Shown: positions 60,957-64,000 of the stretch, in pieces
How positions within the stretch are numbered: the first letter of the stretch is position 1
Layout: each line of letters begins with the position of its first letter
DNA from: Podarcis cretensis
Lineage: Eukaryota
Length of the DNA: 64,000 nt
Assembly: GCA_951804945.1 (NCBI GenBank)
Contig: OX638149.1
Location: 105,338,001-105,402,000, forward strand
Direction: 5' to 3'
Translations under genes and position numbers: made by a program
Notes under the pieces: generated by a model
Databases searched by the model: none
The model's input: only the letters and a program-made list of their open reading frames with translations
What the model was told of the DNA's origin: nothing

Positions 60957-61968
60957 TTGCATGGGTATCTTCGTCTAAAGATTCTTCCTAAAACAGAGAC
61001 ATACACACCAGAGTGGCTGGTTATACAACACGCTGGGCCTGAGCTGCAACTTGTTAAGGATCCATGCCCAAACACTTCCAAGAACAGCCTGAAACAGCTG
61101 TTAGAACCTGTGCAAAACAAACCAGAACAATGGTTTTTCCACTTTACCGCAAAACTACAAAGGGATGCAGATATTATTTTGCTTCAGCAGGAGGGGAAAG
61201 TGTATGTCAATAGCTTATAAATAGTTGCATGACTACAGTTTCGGAATTTACATTAAGTTAAACATCTAAATCTCTATCCTTCCCATTGTGCAGAGATTTT
61301 TTTTAATGCTAATGCAAACCTTAAAAAAAGCAGGCTCAGAAAGTAAAGAAACCTGTTTGTAAAATTTATACCCTGTTCAATTGGAGATCTGTCTTTGTCA
61401 CCTCCAGAGCACTAGTTAAAGCACTGTCCATGTGAATTTTAAATTCTTTTAAAATTTCAACACTAAAGTTGAAACACAAAAAGGAACTTGTGATTCTGAG
61501 ATGCTAACGCATACTACTTTTGAATAATTTCCATGAAACTCTTGACAGATGGGAGCTTATTTCTCTTTCACGCTTCCTTTTTAACACTGGCACACATTGC
61601 AGGCAATTCACAAGCTGCAGATGCCTGAAAAACTCTTTTAGGTTGTTAAGAGATCTGACCATTCTGGTGCCCATGAAAACAATTTTGAAGAGGACTAGGA
61701 CAGCTTCATGATGACAAATGGGAAGAAACCAGAAACCTCCTTGCCCAATAACCCATTTTCTCCCCACCTCACTGCCAGATAAAATTACCATTGCTGGCTT
61801 CACTCCCTTTAACCACCCCAGAATCAGGTTTCTTTCCAATCTCCTATACAGTACATACACAGAAAAATGTGGTGCTGTTTTCTGCCTCATGCTTAGCCAG
61901 TGCACACCTCGGGCCGAAGTGATGCGTTAGGGGATTTCTTTTTTATTTTATTTAGATGATGATCGCCC

Positions 61969-62665
61969 CAGACCCTCCAAGTGACCCTATTTTCCAGGGA
62001 CAGTCCTGAATTTACAGAAGCTGTCCCAGTTTCTGACTTGATCCCGGAATGTCTTGCTTTTCCTTAGGATGTCCCTCTTTTCATCAGAGAAACGTTGGAG
62101 GGTATGGAGTTAAGTGACACCCCCCAGCCAAAGAGATAAGTACCTATACAACATAGGTACTTATGTTTAGAAGGCATCTGAAGGCACCCTGTATAGGGAA
62201 GTGGTGGTTTTTGTTATTTTTAATGTTTAATGTTAACCAGGCCTTTGTTTGATCCAATTTACATCCTATGCCCTTTTAAAATGTGTTGGTTTTTTTTTTC
62301 TTTTTGTAGAGGGGGGTGTTACTGGGTTGTTGTTTTAATTTTTATTAGGTATTTTGTGGTTTTAGAGCTTGATTTTATTCTGTGAATTGCCCTGAGACCC
62401 CAGGGTATAGAGCAGTATATAATTTCAATAAATAATAATAATTGTTTTTATGTATGTTGGAAGCCGCCCTGGGTGGCTGGGGCAATCCAGTCTGAAGGGC
62501 GGAGAATATAAATAATTTTTAAAAAAATAATTATTAGTTGAATTTATATACCACCCTATACCTTGAGGTCTCAGGGCAGTTCACAGAATAATGATAAAAA
62601 TTATTATTATTATTATTATGGAGAAGGACATCCCTATTTTCATTGGAGAAACACTGGAAGAGACG
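61969..62665. mobile_element. Composite MITE with duplicated right end enclosing L2 3' sequences
   Basis: CAGACCCTCCAA (61969-61980) / TTGGAGGGTATG (62095-62106); degenerate second copy of the right end at ~62626-62665; L2-type tails in between. Confidence 0.6.
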
Positions 62666-62915
62666 CATCCCTTTCTAACAACAAAAGCAACAAGGGACCT
62701 TGGACTTGCAGTAGCTGCTGCGCAAATACGGGAGGCTCCCCGGTCCTGCCACTGGGCGGCTGTTCACTGCTGGCCAGCGAGTATCCCACTTGCATCAGTG
62801 CTGGATTTACGTACTGTATAAGCTAAACAAGCTATAGCTTAGGGCCCCACTCTCTTTGGGCCCCCCAAAAAAAAATTAAAGGAAAAAAACCTGGATGTAC
62901 ATTTCCAAAACGTAA

Positions 62916-63175
62916 GAGCTCCCGTTGCCCAGTCCCTGCTCCTGTGAACCTAGCAGTTCGAAATCACCTCAAAGTGCAAGTAGATAAATAGGTACCGCTC
63001 TGGTGGGAAGGTAAACGGCGTTTCGCCAGAAGTGGCTTAGTCATGCTGGCCACATGACCCGGAAGCTGTCTGTGGACAAACGCCAGCTCCCTCGGCCAAA
63101 AAAGTGAGATGAGCGCCGCAACCCCAGAGTCATCCGCGACTGGACCTAACAGTCAGGGGTCCCTTTACCTTTTTT
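62916..63175 (+). mobile_element. 5'-truncated Sauria SINE
   Basis: Body as in the other two copies; TSD GTAAGA (62912-62917, 63176-63181). Confidence 0.9.
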
Positions 63176-63194
63176 GTAAGATAAAAAACAAATA

Positions 63195-63434
63195 CAGTGG
63201 TACCTCTGGTTACATACTTAATTTGTTCCAGAGGTCTGTTCTTAACCTGAAACTGTTCTTAACCTGAAGCACCCTTTAGCTATGGGGCCTCCCACTGCCA
63301 CCGTGCTGGCGGAGCACGATTTCTGTTCTCATCCTGAAGCAAAGTTCTTAACCCAAGGTACTATTTCTGGGTTAGCAGAGTCTGTAACCTGAAGCGTCTG
63401 TAACCTGAAGCGTATGCAACCCGAGGTACCACTG
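63195..63434. mobile_element. Tc1/mariner MITE
   Basis: TA|cagtggtacctc ... gaggtaccactg|TA; reverse-orientation relative of 32896-33104. Confidence 0.9.
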
Positions 63435-63649
63435 TAAAATAAAACCTACATACAGCAAGTCTTTTGTGTTGTGTATGGACCTATTAGGTCCATAAATTAC
63501 CATATAGCATATATTCAACACAAAAAACTGACAATTTGTTGTTGACAAATTATAGCTGGACATATCAAGGGCCCCATTACCTTCAGTAGCTTAGGGCCCC
63601 ATCAAACCTAAATCCGGCCCTACACCTGCTCCCCAACCCCTGTCTAGGG

Positions 63650-64000
63650 TCCAAGGGCGACGGGATGGTTTGAGACTGGGAACTGAAGCGGCTAGTCCGC
63701 ATTGAGGAGCTGTGTGCGTAGGGACAGCGCTGATCTGAAGGGGAGGCGGTGCGGGGGGGGGGCGAAGGGGGGAGCGGGGCCTGAGGACGCCTCTGGCCCA
63801 AAGTTTAAGCGGGGGGGGGGTGTCGGGAAGTTCCATTTGGCGGGGGGGGGGAGCTGGAGGGAGGGAGACGCCGCTGACCGGGCTCGTTACCTCTTTTTCT
63901 TTTCACGTTCTGTTTGTTCCTGTAAAATGGCAACCCCCGGGCCAAAGCAATCGATCCTCGCCTCCGTCGCTTCCAAAGGGTGGTGGGAGGGGGGGGGGGG
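63650..64000 (-). promoter_or_regulatory. CpG-island edge / promoter-proximal region of MMADHC
   Basis: High GC and CpG, long G runs, YY1-like AAAATGGC at 63924-63931, GGGAAGTTCC (NF-kB-like) at 63825-63834. Confidence 0.75.
63891..64000 (-). other. MMADHC: Probable non-coding exon 1 of MMADHC (5' boundary uncertain, at or near the window edge)
   Basis: Donor GAG|gtaacg at 63889-63890 inside the most CpG-dense non-repeat stretch of the window, upstream of exon 2. Confidence 0.65.

Larger units (their letters stand above)
62796..63622. mobile_element. hAT-like non-autonomous element hosting two nested insertions
   Basis: TIR cagtgctggattta / taaatccggcccta; subterminal tagcttagggcccca repeats at both ends. 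Confidence 0.72.

Overview
Eukaryotic (vertebrate) genomic DNA, almost certainly a squamate reptile and probably a lacertid lizard, judged from Sauria SINEs, Squam2/Squam3-like SINEs and a POMSINE-like tRNA/CR1 SINE. Two complete, convergent protein-coding genes were reconstructed by hand with canonical GT-AG junctions. LYPD6 lies on the + strand: 4 coding exons at 9287-19904, 169 aa, Ly6/uPAR three-finger protein, 3'UTR probably reaching ~24.15 kb; its first non-coding exon is not confidently located. MMADHC/CblD lies on the - strand: 7 coding exons at 60956-50561, 296 aa, with non-coding exon 1 and a CpG-rich promoter at the right edge. The rest is intron/intergenic DNA rich in transposons: a 4.1-kb 5'-truncated L1 with a 15-bp TSD, an RTE-X RT fragment, L2 and CR1 fragments, many hAT and Tc1/mariner MITEs, several SINEs and Penelope-like pLTRs. 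I found no convincing new multi-gene system, and nearly all ORFs in the track are spurious or TE-derived. Most interesting observations: (1) a minimal hammerhead ribozyme in an inverted Penelope pLTR pair inside an MMADHC intron, where only the antisense copy has an intact core; (2) loss of the LRP6-binding NxI motif in LYPD6 (NSI->KSV); (3) a clean 97-bp micro-inversion and a 21-bp self-templated insertion inside the L1; (4) a tRNA-Asn-headed sibling of the tRNA-Ile/CR1 SINE; (5) AG|GT recursive-splice-like sites, one apparently created by a 26-nt retro-insertion; (6) weak first-AUG versus strong internal-AUG contexts in MMADHC. Comparisons with human proteins and repeat family names are from memory and need database confirmation.
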